Shown here: one piece after another, positions 28,930 through 38,759 of the stretch
How positions within the stretch are numbered: the stretch's first letter is position 1
Layout of the letters: every line of letters starts with the position of its first letter
Assembly: GCA_902805855.1 (NCBI GenBank)
Contig: CADCUJ010000078.1
Location: 8,500 to 72,499 of the forward strand
DNA length: 64,000 nucleotides
Source of the DNA: an uncultured Nocardioidaceae bacterium
GTDB taxonomy: Bacteria > Actinomycetota > Actinomycetes > Propionibacteriales > Nocardioidaceae
Direction: 5' to 3'
Program-made: the position numbers and the translations under genes
Notes under the pieces: model-generated
Database searches by the model: none
Seen by the model: the letters and a program-made list of their open reading frames with translations, nothing else
Told to the model about the DNA's origin: nothing

Positions 28930-29778
28930 CTACCGCCACGCGTCGGCGGGGCGAGGAACGCGCAGGTCGGCGTAGACGCCGAAGTGGTCGCTGGCCCACA
29001 CGCCGCCCACGGGCTCGGTGAAGACCCGCTCGCAACCGGTCACCTCGAGCGGGGGTCCGTGCGAGCCACACCGGACCATCACATAGTCGATCCTGCGCCC
29101 GGTCTCCCGGGACATCTCGCCGTTGCGGACCAGTGGGTTGACCGGGGTGAAGGTGTGGCCTGCGTCCTCTGGATGCACGGCGCTCCAAGCGTCCTGGTAG
29201 CACACGCTGACACCTTCCAGGGACTGCCGGCCGGTGAGGAAGCGGATGCTGGACGCGTCCGGTGCGGCGTCGAAGTCTCCCAGCAGGACGACCGGGACCT
29301 CCCGCGGTCCGACCAGCTTCTCCACCGCGTCGGCGGTCGCCACCGCCTGCTGCTCGCGCTCGCGCTCCCCGCCCTGGTGCCAGCTGGGCTTGTGGTGCAC
29401 CACCAGCACCGGACCAAGTGGGGCTGGGGCGAGGACCTCGACGACGGCCGCCCCGACCCAGGACAGGTGCGCCGCACCGGACGACACCGGCAGGTCGACG
29501 TACCAGGTGTCCCCGACCGGCCACCGGCTCGCCGTGGTGGCGCCTACCCCGTCGGCGGACCAGTCCCGGTGGTCCACGACGTGGTACCCGGGCAGGAGCT
29601 CGGCGACCTGGTCGGTCTCGTCGCCACGGGTCACCTCCTGCAGGGCGACCACGTCCGGGCGCAGCCGCCGCAGCCCCTCGGCCGCAACCGCCGTACGACG
29701 CGCTCCGTCGGCGTGCTCGAGGGCGTAGACGTTGAACGTCGCCGCCCGCAACCCCGTGGTAGGCACCTGGTCGCTCAC
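28930..29778 (-). CDS. Endonuclease/exonuclease/phosphatase (EEP) family protein
   Basis: ATFNVYAL, VVALQEV, LLGDFDA and SDHFGV motifs. The GTG at 29778 overlaps the upstream stop (GTGA). Confidence 0.8.
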   Translation of the reverse strand: MSDQVPTTGLRAATFNVYALEHADGARRTAVAAEGLRRLRPDVVALQEVTRGDETDQVAELLPGYHVVDHRDWSADGVGATTASRWPVGDTWYVDLPVSSGAAHLSWVGAAVVEVLAPAPLGPVLVVHHKPSWHQGGEREREQQAVATADAVEKLVGPREVPVVLLGDFDAAPDASSIRFLTGRQSLEGVSVCYQDAWSAVHPEDAGHTFTPVNPLVRNGEMSRETGRRIDYVMVRCGSHGPPLEVTGCERVFTEPVGGVWASDHFGVYADLRVPRPADAWR

Positions 29779-30923
29779 AGCTCCTCGTCGAGCTCCCGGA
29801 CCACAGAGTCGACCACCGCCACGAGGTCGCCGCCAGCGGCCTCGGCCACCCGACGTTGGCGCTGGTAGGAGGCGCCGAGCCGCGGGATGTCGGCGACCTC
29901 GGCCAGCTCCGCGGAGCAGTCCAGGCGCTTCGCGACCGGCTCCAGCCGGTCGAGGAGGTCGGCCAGGTCGTCGGTCACCAGGCGCTCGTTTCCCGCGCTG
30001 TCGAGGATGATCTCCGCCTCCAGGCCGTACCGCGCGGCGCGCCACTTGTTCTCCTGGGTGTGCCACGGCTGCATCACCGGCAGGTGCTCTCCGGCCTCCA
30101 GCCTCTCCTCCAGGTCCGCCACCAGGCAGTGAGTCAGCGCGACCAGCGCACGCAGCTCGCGCAGGGTGGACACACTGTCGCAGACGCGCACCTCGACCGT
30201 CCCGAGCTCGGGTGAGGGCCGGACGTCCCACCGGATGTCGTTGAGCACCTCGATCACGCCGGTCCTGCGCTGGTCGTCGACGAACGCCTCGTACTCCTCC
30301 CAGCGCTGGAACTGGAAGGGCAGCCCCGCGGTGGGGAGCTGCTGGAACATCATCGCGCGGTTGCTGGCGTACCCGGTGTCGGTGCCCGCCCAGATCGGGG
30401 AGGACGCGGACAGCGCCTGCAGGTGTGGGTACTGGTTGAGCACGGACGACACGATGGGCAGCACGTGCTCACGCCGTCTGACTCCCACGTGCACGTGCAG
30501 ACCCCACACGAGCATCTGCCTGCCCCACCACTGGGTGCGTGCGATCAGCTCCTCGTAGCGGTGTCCCGGCGTCAGCTGCTGGCTGCTCCACCGGGCGAAC
30601 GGATGGGTGCCGGCCGAGTACAGGTCCACGCCCAGCTCGGTCGCCGACGCCCGGACCAACCTCAGGGTGTCGCGGAGGTCTGCCACCGCCTCGGGCACGT
30701 TCTCACAGACACCGGTGACCACCTCGACCGTGTTCCGCAGCAGCTCACTGTGCAGCCGCGGGTTGTCCTCGCCCGACCGGTCGCGAACCAGGGAGAACAG
30801 CTCACCCGCCGTGTTGCGGAGGTCTCGGGTGACCCGGTCGACCAGGGCGAACTCGCACTCGACGCCGAGGGTCGGCCGCGGAGAGCCCCGGAAGTCGATG
30901 CCCACCTCACGATCGAACCACAC
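29775..30923 (-). CDS. Carboxylate-amine ligase, glutamate-cysteine ligase family 2 (YbdK-like)
   Basis: PTLGVECEFALVD N-terminal motif and a family-typical length. The start is uncertain (GTG at 30923 or at 30905). Confidence 0.78.
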   Translation of the reverse strand: MWFDREVGIDFRGSPRPTLGVECEFALVDRVTRDLRNTAGELFSLVRDRSGEDNPRLHSELLRNTVEVVTGVCENVPEAVADLRDTLRLVRASATELGVDLYSAGTHPFARWSSQQLTPGHRYEELIARTQWWGRQMLVWGLHVHVGVRRREHVLPIVSSVLNQYPHLQALSASSPIWAGTDTGYASNRAMMFQQLPTAGLPFQFQRWEEYEAFVDDQRRTGVIEVLNDIRWDVRPSPELGTVEVRVCDSVSTLRELRALVALTHCLVADLEERLEAGEHLPVMQPWHTQENKWRAARYGLEAEIILDSAGNERLVTDDLADLLDRLEPVAKRLDCSAELAEVADIPRLGASYQRQRRVAEAAGGDLVAVVDSVVRELDEEL

Positions 30924-30930
30924 GGCCCGC

Positions 30931-31503
30931 TCAGCTCGGCGGGGCAGACCAGGTCCGTAGTGCGGCGTCGAGCGCGGACACGAGCCGGTCGAAGCTGCGG
31001 TCCACCGACTGGGGCAGCCCGAACCCACCGCCGAGCTCGAGGCTGACGAAGCCGTGCAGGGCGCTGCGCAGGGCGCGTGCCGCGTCGACTGCCTCCTCGC
31101 CGGTGATGCCGTATCCGGCGAAGACGTCGAAGAGCACCCCGAGGATCTCCTGCGAGGCCGCCTGGTGCTCAGGGTCGCCCGGACGGGGTCGCAGGAGGTA
31201 CCCGTAGCGACCGGGATGCCGGTTGGCGTAGTCCCGGTACGCCGCGGCGATCGCGCGCAGCGCGTCGGGCCCGGACCGGCCGGTGGCCGAACGGCGCAGG
31301 GTGTCGCCCACCTCGTCAGCGGTGCGGACCGCCAGTCGACCGTGGAGGTCCTCGAGACCCTGCACGTGCTTGTACAGGCTGGGGAGGGCGACCCCGAACC
31401 GTTGCGCGAGCGCGGCGAGGGTGAGGCTGTCCTGTCCGACCTCGTCGGCCAGGGCCGCGGCGCCGGTCACCACGGCGTCGGTCGACAGTCCCGCCCTAGG
31501 CAC
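30931..31503 (-). CDS. TetR/AcrR family transcriptional regulator
   Basis: N-terminal HTH LTLAALAQRFGVALPSLYKHV. Overlaps the upstream hydrolase stop by 8 nt. Confidence 0.88.
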   Translation of the reverse strand: MPRAGLSTDAVVTGAAALADEVGQDSLTLAALAQRFGVALPSLYKHVQGLEDLHGRLAVRTADEVGDTLRRSATGRSGPDALRAIAAAYRDYANRHPGRYGYLLRPRPGDPEHQAASQEILGVLFDVFAGYGITGEEAVDAARALRSALHGFVSLELGGGFGLPQSVDRSFDRLVSALDAALRTWSAPPS

Positions 31504-32305
31504 GCTCGACCGCGTCCAGGACCCGGGTAACGGCGGCGGCCGTCGCCACCGGCGCCTGCGCCTGCGGGTAGTGGCCCACCCCCGGGACCATCACCACCTC
31601 CGCGCCCAGCTGCTCCGCGACCCACGCGGCCTCCGCCGCCGGGTCCGGCCAATCGAGATCCTCGCTGCCCATCACGACGACCGCCGGGGCGGTGACCTCG
31701 GTGATCCTCGCTGCCACCGGCGCGTGCGAGGTGCGGGTCGTGCGCACGAAGGCCTTCCAGTGCCCAGGGCGACCCAGGTTGTCGCGGACACGCGCCAGGT
31801 GCTCGTCGTACCCCTCCGGCTTGGTGCCCGGGAACCACCTGGGATAGAAGCTCAGGAAGGCCGCCCGACCCCAGGGCCTGCGCATCGAGAGCCGGAAGGC
31901 CAGCCGCTGAAGGGTCCCGCCGTCTGGATCCCGCACGAACGGTCCGAGCAGAGCGAGGCCGACAACGTGCTGCGGCGCCTCGGCTGCCGCCCAGACCGCG
32001 GCGCCGGCCCCCATCGAGTTCCCGACGACGACCGCCGGCCCGCCGAGCTCCTCGATCAGGGCCGAGATGTCGGTCCCGAGGGCCACGTCGTCGTAGCTGG
32101 TGAAGGTGGCGTCGCTGTCGCCGTGACCGCGCATGTCCATGGTGGCCACCCGGTAGCCCTGCTCGACGAGCAGGGGCACCAGCAGCCGGAAGCTTTGCCG
32201 TAGCTCGCCCACCCCCGGCACGCAGAGAACCAGGGACTCGCCGGAGCCGGCCACCTCGTAGGCGATCCGGCCTTCGGGCCGATGTACATGTCGGGGAGTA
32301 GTCAT
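31496..32305 (-). CDS. Alpha/beta hydrolase fold protein
   Basis: HGDS and nucleophile elbow GNSMGA, with a C-terminal GHYPQ. The ATG at 32305 was chosen. The upstream part of the track ORF is antisense to thyA. Confidence 0.82.
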   Translation of the reverse strand: MTTPRHVHRPEGRIAYEVAGSGESLVLCVPGVGELRQSFRLLVPLLVEQGYRVATMDMRGHGDSDATFTSYDDVALGTDISALIEELGGPAVVVGNSMGAGAAVWAAAEAPQHVVGLALLGPFVRDPDGGTLQRLAFRLSMRRPWGRAAFLSFYPRWFPGTKPEGYDEHLARVRDNLGRPGHWKAFVRTTRTSHAPVAARITEVTAPAVVVMGSEDLDWPDPAAEAAWVAEQLGAEVVMVPGVGHYPQAQAPVATAAAVTRVLDAVERA

Positions 32306-32332
32306 AGCCAATAAGCTAATACACTTAGCCAA
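32305..32332. promoter_or_regulatory. AT-rich divergent promoter segment with direct repeat TAGCCAA (x2, 21 bp apart) enclosing palindrome GCTAA-N5-TTAGC
   Basis: Read directly (tagccaataagctaatacacttagccaag). It abuts the hydrolase start codon (the 32305 T belongs to its ATG), so it is a candidate operator for the TetR encoded in the same operon. Confidence 0.35.
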
Positions 32333-32431
32333 GCGTTTCAAGGGCCGCGGGTGTCCAGCGCAGGCGCCGGCGTGGCCGGTCCGGGTGTCGGCGCGGTGAT
32401 CGCGTCGGAGGGCGGTGCTAGTTTGAGCGGC

Positions 32432-33241
32432 GTGCGGCAGTACCTGGACCTTCTCAGCAGGGTCCTCGACGAAGGCGTCCCGAAGAACGACCGCACCGGG
32501 ACGGGCACTCTCAGCCTGTTCGGGCACCAGATGCGGTTCGACCTGCGCGAGGGCTTCCCCCTGGTGACCACCAAGAAGGTGCACACCCGCTCGGTGTTCG
32601 CCGAGCTGCTGTGGTTCCTGCGCGGCGACACCAACGTCAAGTGGCTGCAGGACCGAGGGGTGACCATCTGGGACGAGTGGGCCGACGAGAGCGGCGCCCT
32701 CGGTCCGGTCTACGGCTACCAGTGGAGGTCCTGGCCCCGCCCCGACGGTGGGCACGTCGACCAGATCAAGAACGTGATCGACGCGATCCGGAGCGACCCC
32801 GACTCCCGTCGCCACATCGTCTCGGCCTGGAACGTGGCGGACATCCCGCAGATGGCGCTGGCTCCCTGCCATGCGCTGTTCCAGTTCTACGTCGCTCCCG
32901 GCGGCTCCGGCCCCGGCCGGCTCAGCTGCCAGCTCTACCAGCGATCCGCCGACGTGTTCCTCGGCGTCCCGTTCAACATCGCCTCCTACGCGCTGCTGAC
33001 GCACATGGTCGCCCGGGTCACCGGGCTCGAGCCGGGCGACTTCGTGCACACCTTGGGCGATGCCCACCTGTACTCCAACCACGTGGAGCAGGCACGCCTT
33101 CAGCTGTCTCGGGAGCCGCGGCCGCTGCCCACGCTGCGGCTCGACCCCACGGTCTCAGAGATCGACGCCTTCGACCTCGAGCACATCGCCGTCGAGGGCT
33201 ATGACCCACACCCGGGGATCAGGGCACCCATCGCGGTATGA
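32432..33241 (+). CDS. thyA: Thymidylate synthase (ThyA)
   Basis: VRQYLDLL.., DRTGTGT, catalytic [10 protein letters not shown]. The GTG at 32432 sits 7 nt after a TAGTTT -10-like hexamer, which fits a leaderless mRNA. Alternative in-frame starts are TTG 32423 and the track start 32351. Confidence 0.9.
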   Translation: MRQYLDLLSRVLDEGVPKNDRTGTGTLSLFGHQMRFDLREGFPLVTTKKVHTRSVFAELLWFLRGDTNVKWLQDRGVTIWDEWADESGALGPVYGYQWRSWPRPDGGHVDQIKNVIDAIRSDPDSRRHIVSAWNVADIPQMALAPCHALFQFYVAPGGSGPGRLSCQLYQRSADVFLGVPFNIASYALLTHMVARVTGLEPGDFVHTLGDAHLYSNHVEQARLQLSREPRPLPTLRLDPTVSEIDAFDLEHIAVEGYDPHPGIRAPIAV

Positions 33242-33714
33242 CGGCCAAGCGTGTCGTGCTGGTCGCCGCCGTCGCCGACAACGGGGTGATCGGCCGTGGC
33301 GGTGAGCTGCCGTGGCGGCTGCCCGAGGACCTGCGGCACTTCCGGGCCACCACCACCGGACACACCGTGGTGATGGGCCGGCGTACCTTTGACAGCATCG
33401 GCCGAGCGCTTCCGGACCGCACCAACATCGTGATCACCCGTCAGCGGGGGTGGAGCGGCGAGGGAGTCCTCGTGGCGAACAGCGTCGAGGACGCGATCGG
33501 TCAGGCACAGTCGCTGGACGGGGACGTGATGGTCATCGGCGGTGCCCAGGTGTACGCGGCGGCGATGGACCTGGCCGACGTACAGATCCTCACCGAGGTC
33601 CACCTCGCCCCCGAGGGAGACGCGTTCTACCCCCGCTTCGATGCGGCGCAGTGGGTCCAGACGCACCGGGACCCGCGCGAGGGTTTGACATTCGTCACCT
33701 ACGAGCGGGCATAG
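33238..33714 (+). CDS. folA: Dihydrofolate reductase
   Basis: [23 protein letters not shown] and [11 protein letters not shown] motifs. ATGA overlap with thyA. Confidence 0.92.
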   Translation: MTAKRVVLVAAVADNGVIGRGGELPWRLPEDLRHFRATTTGHTVVMGRRTFDSIGRALPDRTNIVITRQRGWSGEGVLVANSVEDAIGQAQSLDGDVMVIGGAQVYAAAMDLADVQILTEVHLAPEGDAFYPRFDAAQWVQTHRDPREGLTFVTYERA

Positions 33715-33785
33715 CCTCCTGGGGCGAGTCTCGTTGCACCCGCGGTAGGCCGGCGAACAGCGCCGCCCGTGACGAAGGAAATCGC

Positions 33786-35222
33786 ATGAGAATCCGACGT
33801 ACCAGCGCCGCCGTCACCCTGGCCGGCGCGATCGCAGTGGCCGGATCGGTCGCGGTCAACCCCGCCCCCGGCGCCGCAGGAGAGAGCGCCACGGACTCCG
33901 CGAGCATCAGTCCCGAGCTGAGCCAGGCACTGCGCCAGACCGGCGCGCAACAGGTGGTGGTCACCTTCGACGGCGAGGGCGCCCCCGAGCGGGCCGACGT
34001 CACCGCCTTGCGCGATGCCGGAGTGGAGACCGGCATCACCTTGAGGTCGCTGCCGATCGCCGGGGTGCTGGCCTCCGACGCCGAGGTCGAGACGCTGGCA
34101 GATGACCCACGTGTTCGCTCGCTCTACCTCAACGAGCGGCTGCGCTACGACAACGACGACTACACCGAGCTGACCGGCGTCGACGCGGTCCGCCGTGACC
34201 GCGCCCTGACCCGCGCCAATGGCGGGCTCCCGGTCACCGGCGATGGCGTCGGCGTGGTCGTCAACGACAGCGGGATCGACGGGACTCACCAGGACCTGGA
34301 GTATCCCGAGCACACCGTGCAGAACGTCGAGGCAGCAGCGAACCTGAACTCCTTCGAGCCGTCCCTGTTGCCCATCACCTACGTCGAGGACGTGCCCAAC
34401 ACTGACTCGACCGGTGGTCACGGCACGCACGTCGCCGGCATCGTCGGCGCGACCGGCGAGAAGTCCGGCGGCAAGTACGAAGGCGTCGCACCCGGCGCGG
34501 ACCTGGTCGGCTACGGCTCCGGGGCCGGCCTGCTGCTGCTCGACGTCCTCGGCGGGTTCGACTACGCGTTGACCCACCAGCGGCAGTACGACATCCGGGT
34601 GGTCACCAACTCCTGGGGCGACTCGGGCGACACCTGCACCAAGGTGGACCCCGACGACCCGATCAACGTCGCGACCAAGGACGCCTACGACCGCAACATC
34701 GTCGTGGTGTTCTCCGCGGGCAACTCGGGACCGGACAAGTGCACGATCACCGGCAACTACAAGAAGGCGCCGTGGGTGATCGCGGTCGCCGCCGGCAACC
34801 GCAACGAGAAGCTCGCGGAGTTCTCCTCGCGCGGTACTGCGGGTGGGGGCGGTAGCTTCCGGGTCGACGGTCAGCGCTGGACGTGGAAGGACCAGCCCAC
34901 CCTGACCGCGCCCGGGGTCAACGTCGTGTCCACCCGGACCGCGTCGCCGGTGGGCGTGATCGGAGCCGAGGAGGACCTGAAGCGGATCGACCCGGCGGAC
35001 CTGCCGTACTACACCACGCTGTCCGGCACCTCGATGGCCGCTCCGCACGTGGCCGGCGCCGTGGCGTTGATGCTCGAGACCAACCCGGAGCTCCGGCCCG
35101 GACAGGTCAAGCGCATCCTCGCCGGCACGACGACCGACATGCCCGGCTACGCGGCCTGGCAGACCGGGACCGGCTACGTGGACGTGCACGCCGCGGTGAA
35201 GCGGGCTGCCAGCCTCCGCTGA
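33786..35222 (+). CDS. Secreted S8 family (subtilisin-like) serine peptidase
   Basis: Signal peptide MRIRRTSAAVTLAGAIAVAG. Catalytic triad contexts VVNDSGID, HGTHVAGIV and SGTSMAAPHVAG. Confidence 0.88.
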   Translation: MRIRRTSAAVTLAGAIAVAGSVAVNPAPGAAGESATDSASISPELSQALRQTGAQQVVVTFDGEGAPERADVTALRDAGVETGITLRSLPIAGVLASDAEVETLADDPRVRSLYLNERLRYDNDDYTELTGVDAVRRDRALTRANGGLPVTGDGVGVVVNDSGIDGTHQDLEYPEHTVQNVEAAANLNSFEPSLLPITYVEDVPNTDSTGGHGTHVAGIVGATGEKSGGKYEGVAPGADLVGYGSGAGLLLLDVLGGFDYALTHQRQYDIRVVTNSWGDSGDTCTKVDPDDPINVATKDAYDRNIVVVFSAGNSGPDKCTITGNYKKAPWVIAVAAGNRNEKLAEFSSRGTAGGGGSFRVDGQRWTWKDQPTLTAPGVNVVSTRTASPVGVIGAEEDLKRIDPADLPYYTTLSGTSMAAPHVAGAVALMLETNPELRPGQVKRILAGTTTDMPGYAAWQTGTGYVDVHAAVKRAASLR

Positions 35223-35291
35223 CCACTGACCGGCGCGCGCCGAAGCCATCGCGTACGGCGCCCCGGGGGTGGGAGCGGTTAGCCTGGAACC

Positions 35292-36206
35292 ATGACCGCG
35301 ACCACCCTCGGGCCCGCGCCGTTCGGCCGGGTGCTGACCGCCATGGTGACCGCGTTCGCCGACGACGGCACCGTCGACCTCGACGGGACCGTGCGGGTCG
35401 CCGAGCACCTCGCCGGCCACGGCCACGACGGCGTGGTGGTCTCCGGCACCACCGGGGAGGCCCCGACGACGACCGCAGACGAGACCGGTCGGATCCTGAG
35501 CGCGGTCGTCGACGCGGTCGGGGACAAGGTCAGCGTGGTGGCCGGGGTGGGCACCAACAACACCGCACACAGCGTCGAGCTCGCCGAGCAGGCGGAGAAG
35601 CTCGGCGCGGACGCCCTGTTGCTGGTGACGCCGTACTACAGCAAGCCGTCGCAGGAGGGCGTGCGCGCTCACTTCGAGTCCGTCGCGAATGCGACGGGGC
35701 TGCCGGTGATGCTCTACGACATCCCCGGCCGGACCGGGCTGTCCCTGTCCGAGGACACCGTGCGCCAGATCGCCGACCACGAACGGGTCGTCGCGGTCAA
35801 GGACGCCGTGGGTGACCTGTCGCGTGGCGTGCGGCTGATGAGCGAGACCGGACTCGCCTTCTACTCAGGCGACGACGTGCTGAACCTCGGCTGGCTCACG
35901 CACGGCGGCTCGGGTGTGGTCTCGGTCGTCGGACACGTAGCCGGGCGGCAGTACGCCGACATGGTCGCTGCTGTCGAGCGCGGTGAGCTGTCCGCGGCCC
36001 TGGGCACGTACCGCCGCCTCGCGCCGGTCGTCGAGGCGATCATGACCCGAGCGCCGGGGGCCGCGATGGCCAAGGCCGCGCTGCAGCTGCTCGGTGTGCT
36101 CCCCAACCGCAACGTGCGACTACCGCTCGTGCCGGCGCCCGCCGACCTGGTCGATGGCCTGCGCTCCACGCTCGAGCAAGCCGACCTCCTGGAGGACACC
36201 GCGTGA
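35292..36206 (+). CDS. dapA: 4-hydroxy-tetrahydrodipicolinate synthase
   Basis: [18 protein letters not shown] and LYDIPGRTG motifs. Confidence 0.93.
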   Translation: MTATTLGPAPFGRVLTAMVTAFADDGTVDLDGTVRVAEHLAGHGHDGVVVSGTTGEAPTTTADETGRILSAVVDAVGDKVSVVAGVGTNNTAHSVELAEQAEKLGADALLLVTPYYSKPSQEGVRAHFESVANATGLPVMLYDIPGRTGLSLSEDTVRQIADHERVVAVKDAVGDLSRGVRLMSETGLAFYSGDDVLNLGWLTHGGSGVVSVVGHVAGRQYADMVAAVERGELSAALGTYRRLAPVVEAIMTRAPGAAMAKAALQLLGVLPNRNVRLPLVPAPADLVDGLRSTLEQADLLEDTA

Positions 36207-36219
36207 GCGAGACCGCTGC

Positions 36220-37911
36220 ATGAGCCATCCGCATCCCGAGCTCTCGGCGCCCGGCCCGCTCCCACCTCGAGGACTTCGGGTCACCCCGCTCGGAGGGCTG
36301 GGCGAGATCGGCCGGAACATGACGGTCTTCGAGTACGACGGGCGGCTGCTGATCGTCGACTGCGGCGTGCTGTTCCCCGAGGACCACCACCCCGGCGTCG
36401 ACCTGATCCTGCCCGACTTCGAGCCGATCCGGGACCGGCTGGCCGACGTCGAGGCGCTGGTGCTCACGCACGGTCACGAGGACCACATCGGCGCAGTGCC
36501 CTTCCTCCTCCGCGAGCGGGGCGACATCCCCCTCGTCGGCTCCCAGCTGACCCTCGCGCTGCTGACCTCGAAGCTGCGGGAGCACCGGCTCAAGGAGACC
36601 GTGCACCACCAGGTGCGTGAAGGCGACCGGCTCTCGCTGGGACCGTTCGACCTCGAGTTCGTCGCGGTCAACCACTCCATCCCGGACGCCCTCGCGGTCG
36701 CGATCCGCACCGGAGCGGGCTTGGTGCTGCACACCGGCGACTTCAAGATGGACCAGCTCCCGCTCGACGGGCGGATCACCGACCTGCGGGCATTGGCCAG
36801 GCTGGGCGAGGAAGGCGTCGACCTGTTCCTGGTCGACTCCACGAACGCCGAGGTGCCGGGCTTCAACACCCTGGAGCGCGACATCACGCCGGTCCTCGAG
36901 CGGGTCTTCCACCAGAGCAGCCAACGGGTCATCGTCGCCTGCTTCGCGTCGCACGTGCACCGGGTCCAGCAGGTGATGGACGTCGCAGTGGCCAACGGCC
37001 GGAAGGTCGCCTACGTCGGCCGCTCGATGATCAGGAACATGGGGATCGCCCGCGACCTCGGACACCTGCAGGTGCCCCCGGACACGCTGGTGGACTCGAA
37101 GGAGATCGGCGACTACCCGCCGGAGGAGATCGTGCTGATCTCCACCGGTTCCCAGGGCGAGCCGTTGTCTGCGCTGTCGCGGATCGCGCAGCGCAACCAC
37201 AACTTCGTGCACATCGAGGAGGGCGACACCGTCGTGCTCGCCTCGTCCCTGATCCCCGGGAACGAGAACGCCGTCTACCGGGTGATCAACGGACTGTCCC
37301 GATGGGGGGCCAACGTGGTGCACAAGGGCAATGCGCTCGTGCACGTCTCCGGCCATGCCTCCGCGGGAGAGCTGCTCTACTGCTACAACATCGTGCGGCC
37401 ACGCAACGTGCTCCCGGTGCACGGCGAGGTGCGGCACATGATCGCCAACGGCGCACTTGCCCGCCAGACCGGGGTCCCGGCCGACCGGGTGGTCCTGGCA
37501 GAGGACGGCGTCGTGGTGGACCTGCTCGACGGGGTGGCCAGCGTCGCCGGGAAGGTCGACTGCGGCTACGTGTTCGTCGACGGCGCCTCCGTCGGCGACG
37601 TGACCGAGGCGTCGCTGAAGGACCGCCGGATCCTCGGGGAGGAGGGCTTCATCTCGGTGATGGTGGTCATCGACTCAGTCACCGGGAAGGTCGCCGGCGG
37701 GCCGGAGATCCACGCCAGAGGCTTCTTGGAGGACGACTCCACCTTCGACGAGATCATCCCCGAGGTCGTGCAGGCGCTGGACCGGGCGGTCGCGGACGGC
37801 GTCTCCGACAGCCACCAGCTCCAGCAGACCATCCGCCGAGTCGTCGGGCGGTGGGTGAGCAATCGACACCGCCGGCGACCGATGATCATCCCCGTCGTCG
37901 TCGAGGCCTGA
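36220..37911 (+). CDS. rnj: Ribonuclease J
   Basis: RVTPLGGLGEIGRNM, metallo-beta-lactamase THGHEDHIG, and beta-CASP plus C-terminal domain. Synteny with dapA. Confidence 0.93.
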   Translation: MSHPHPELSAPGPLPPRGLRVTPLGGLGEIGRNMTVFEYDGRLLIVDCGVLFPEDHHPGVDLILPDFEPIRDRLADVEALVLTHGHEDHIGAVPFLLRERGDIPLVGSQLTLALLTSKLREHRLKETVHHQVREGDRLSLGPFDLEFVAVNHSIPDALAVAIRTGAGLVLHTGDFKMDQLPLDGRITDLRALARLGEEGVDLFLVDSTNAEVPGFNTLERDITPVLERVFHQSSQRVIVACFASHVHRVQQVMDVAVANGRKVAYVGRSMIRNMGIARDLGHLQVPPDTLVDSKEIGDYPPEEIVLISTGSQGEPLSALSRIAQRNHNFVHIEEGDTVVLASSLIPGNENAVYRVINGLSRWGANVVHKGNALVHVSGHASAGELLYCYNIVRPRNVLPVHGEVRHMIANGALARQTGVPADRVVLAEDGVVVDLLDGVASVAGKVDCGYVFVDGASVGDVTEASLKDRRILGEEGFISVMVVIDSVTGKVAGGPEIHARGFLEDDSTFDEIIPEVVQALDRAVADGVSDSHQLQQTIRRVVGRWVSNRHRRRPMIIPVVVEA

Positions 37912-37929
37912 CCCGGGAGGCGGACACCC

Positions 37930-38709
37930 TCAGTCCAGGCCCCAGAAGGAGCCGCGCAGGCCGACCTGCCGAAAGTACGTCGCGGCGCCGGCCGGGTCGC
38001 GACGCCGGTACCCACGCTCGAGCCGGCCGGCGTACCACCCTCGAGCCAGCCGCCACAGTGTCGCCAGATCCATCTGGTAACCGCGCCGGTTGCCGGTGCG
38101 CTCGAGCCAGGCCTGCACGCACGCTGGGGAGCAGAACAGCCGCTGGTTCGCGCAGGTGGTGACGACGTCGTCCCAGATGTGCGTCGCCGGGACCAGGAAG
38201 TGCGCCACCTCCGGACCGGCCGGCGGCTGGTGCCGGTCGACCACCCAGGACAGCGCGGCACCGCACCCCGGACAGCGGGTGGCGACCAGGACGTCGCTCT
38301 CCTCCCTCAGCAGGTGTGGAAGCGCGAACGAGTCCCAGGCGCAGCCGCCCCACCACAGGGTTGCCGAACCCATGACCGAAAAGCCGAGGTTGATCGAGGA
38401 GAACGGGTGGGCCATCAGCACCCGGCCCTCGGTGTCCAGCACCAGGTGGCGCTGCTCGGCGAGCGCCCGCAGGCCGGCGCGGACGCCGGGTCGATCGGTC
38501 CCGCACATGGCGGCGAGGTCGTCCAGCGACGGGGCCGTTCCGTCGCGGGCGAAGCCGCCGTAGACCCCGAGGCGCAGCGTCTCCAGGTCCACCTCAGGCC
38601 ACCGCCGACCCGGCACCGGCGATACGGTGAGCGGTGAGCCGCCTGGCCTGGTCCTGCGGCCACATGCGGCCATCCTCGCAGGCGTGGCCGTCAGGAACGG
38701 GCGGATCAC
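37930..38709 (-). CDS. Alkylmercury lyase (MerB)-like family protein, start uncertain
   Basis: GGCAWDSFALP (C-x-x-D as in the MerB Cys96/Asp99 context) and a C-terminal LFCSPACVQAW. The N-terminal ~35 codons may not be translated (alternative starts lie downstream). Confidence 0.6.
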   Translation of the reverse strand: MIRPFLTATPARMAACGRRTRPGGSPLTVSPVPGRRWPEVDLETLRLGVYGGFARDGTAPSLDDLAAMCGTDRPGVRAGLRALAEQRHLVLDTEGRVLMAHPFSSINLGFSVMGSATLWWGGCAWDSFALPHLLREESDVLVATRCPGCGAALSWVVDRHQPPAGPEVAHFLVPATHIWDDVVTTCANQRLFCSPACVQAWLERTGNRRGYQMDLATLWRLARGWYAGRLERGYRRRDPAGAATYFRQVGLRGSFWGLD

Positions 38710-38759
38710 CCGGCGTGTGACACGTGTGACTCATGGGGCGTTCGCCTACCCTCGTCATC

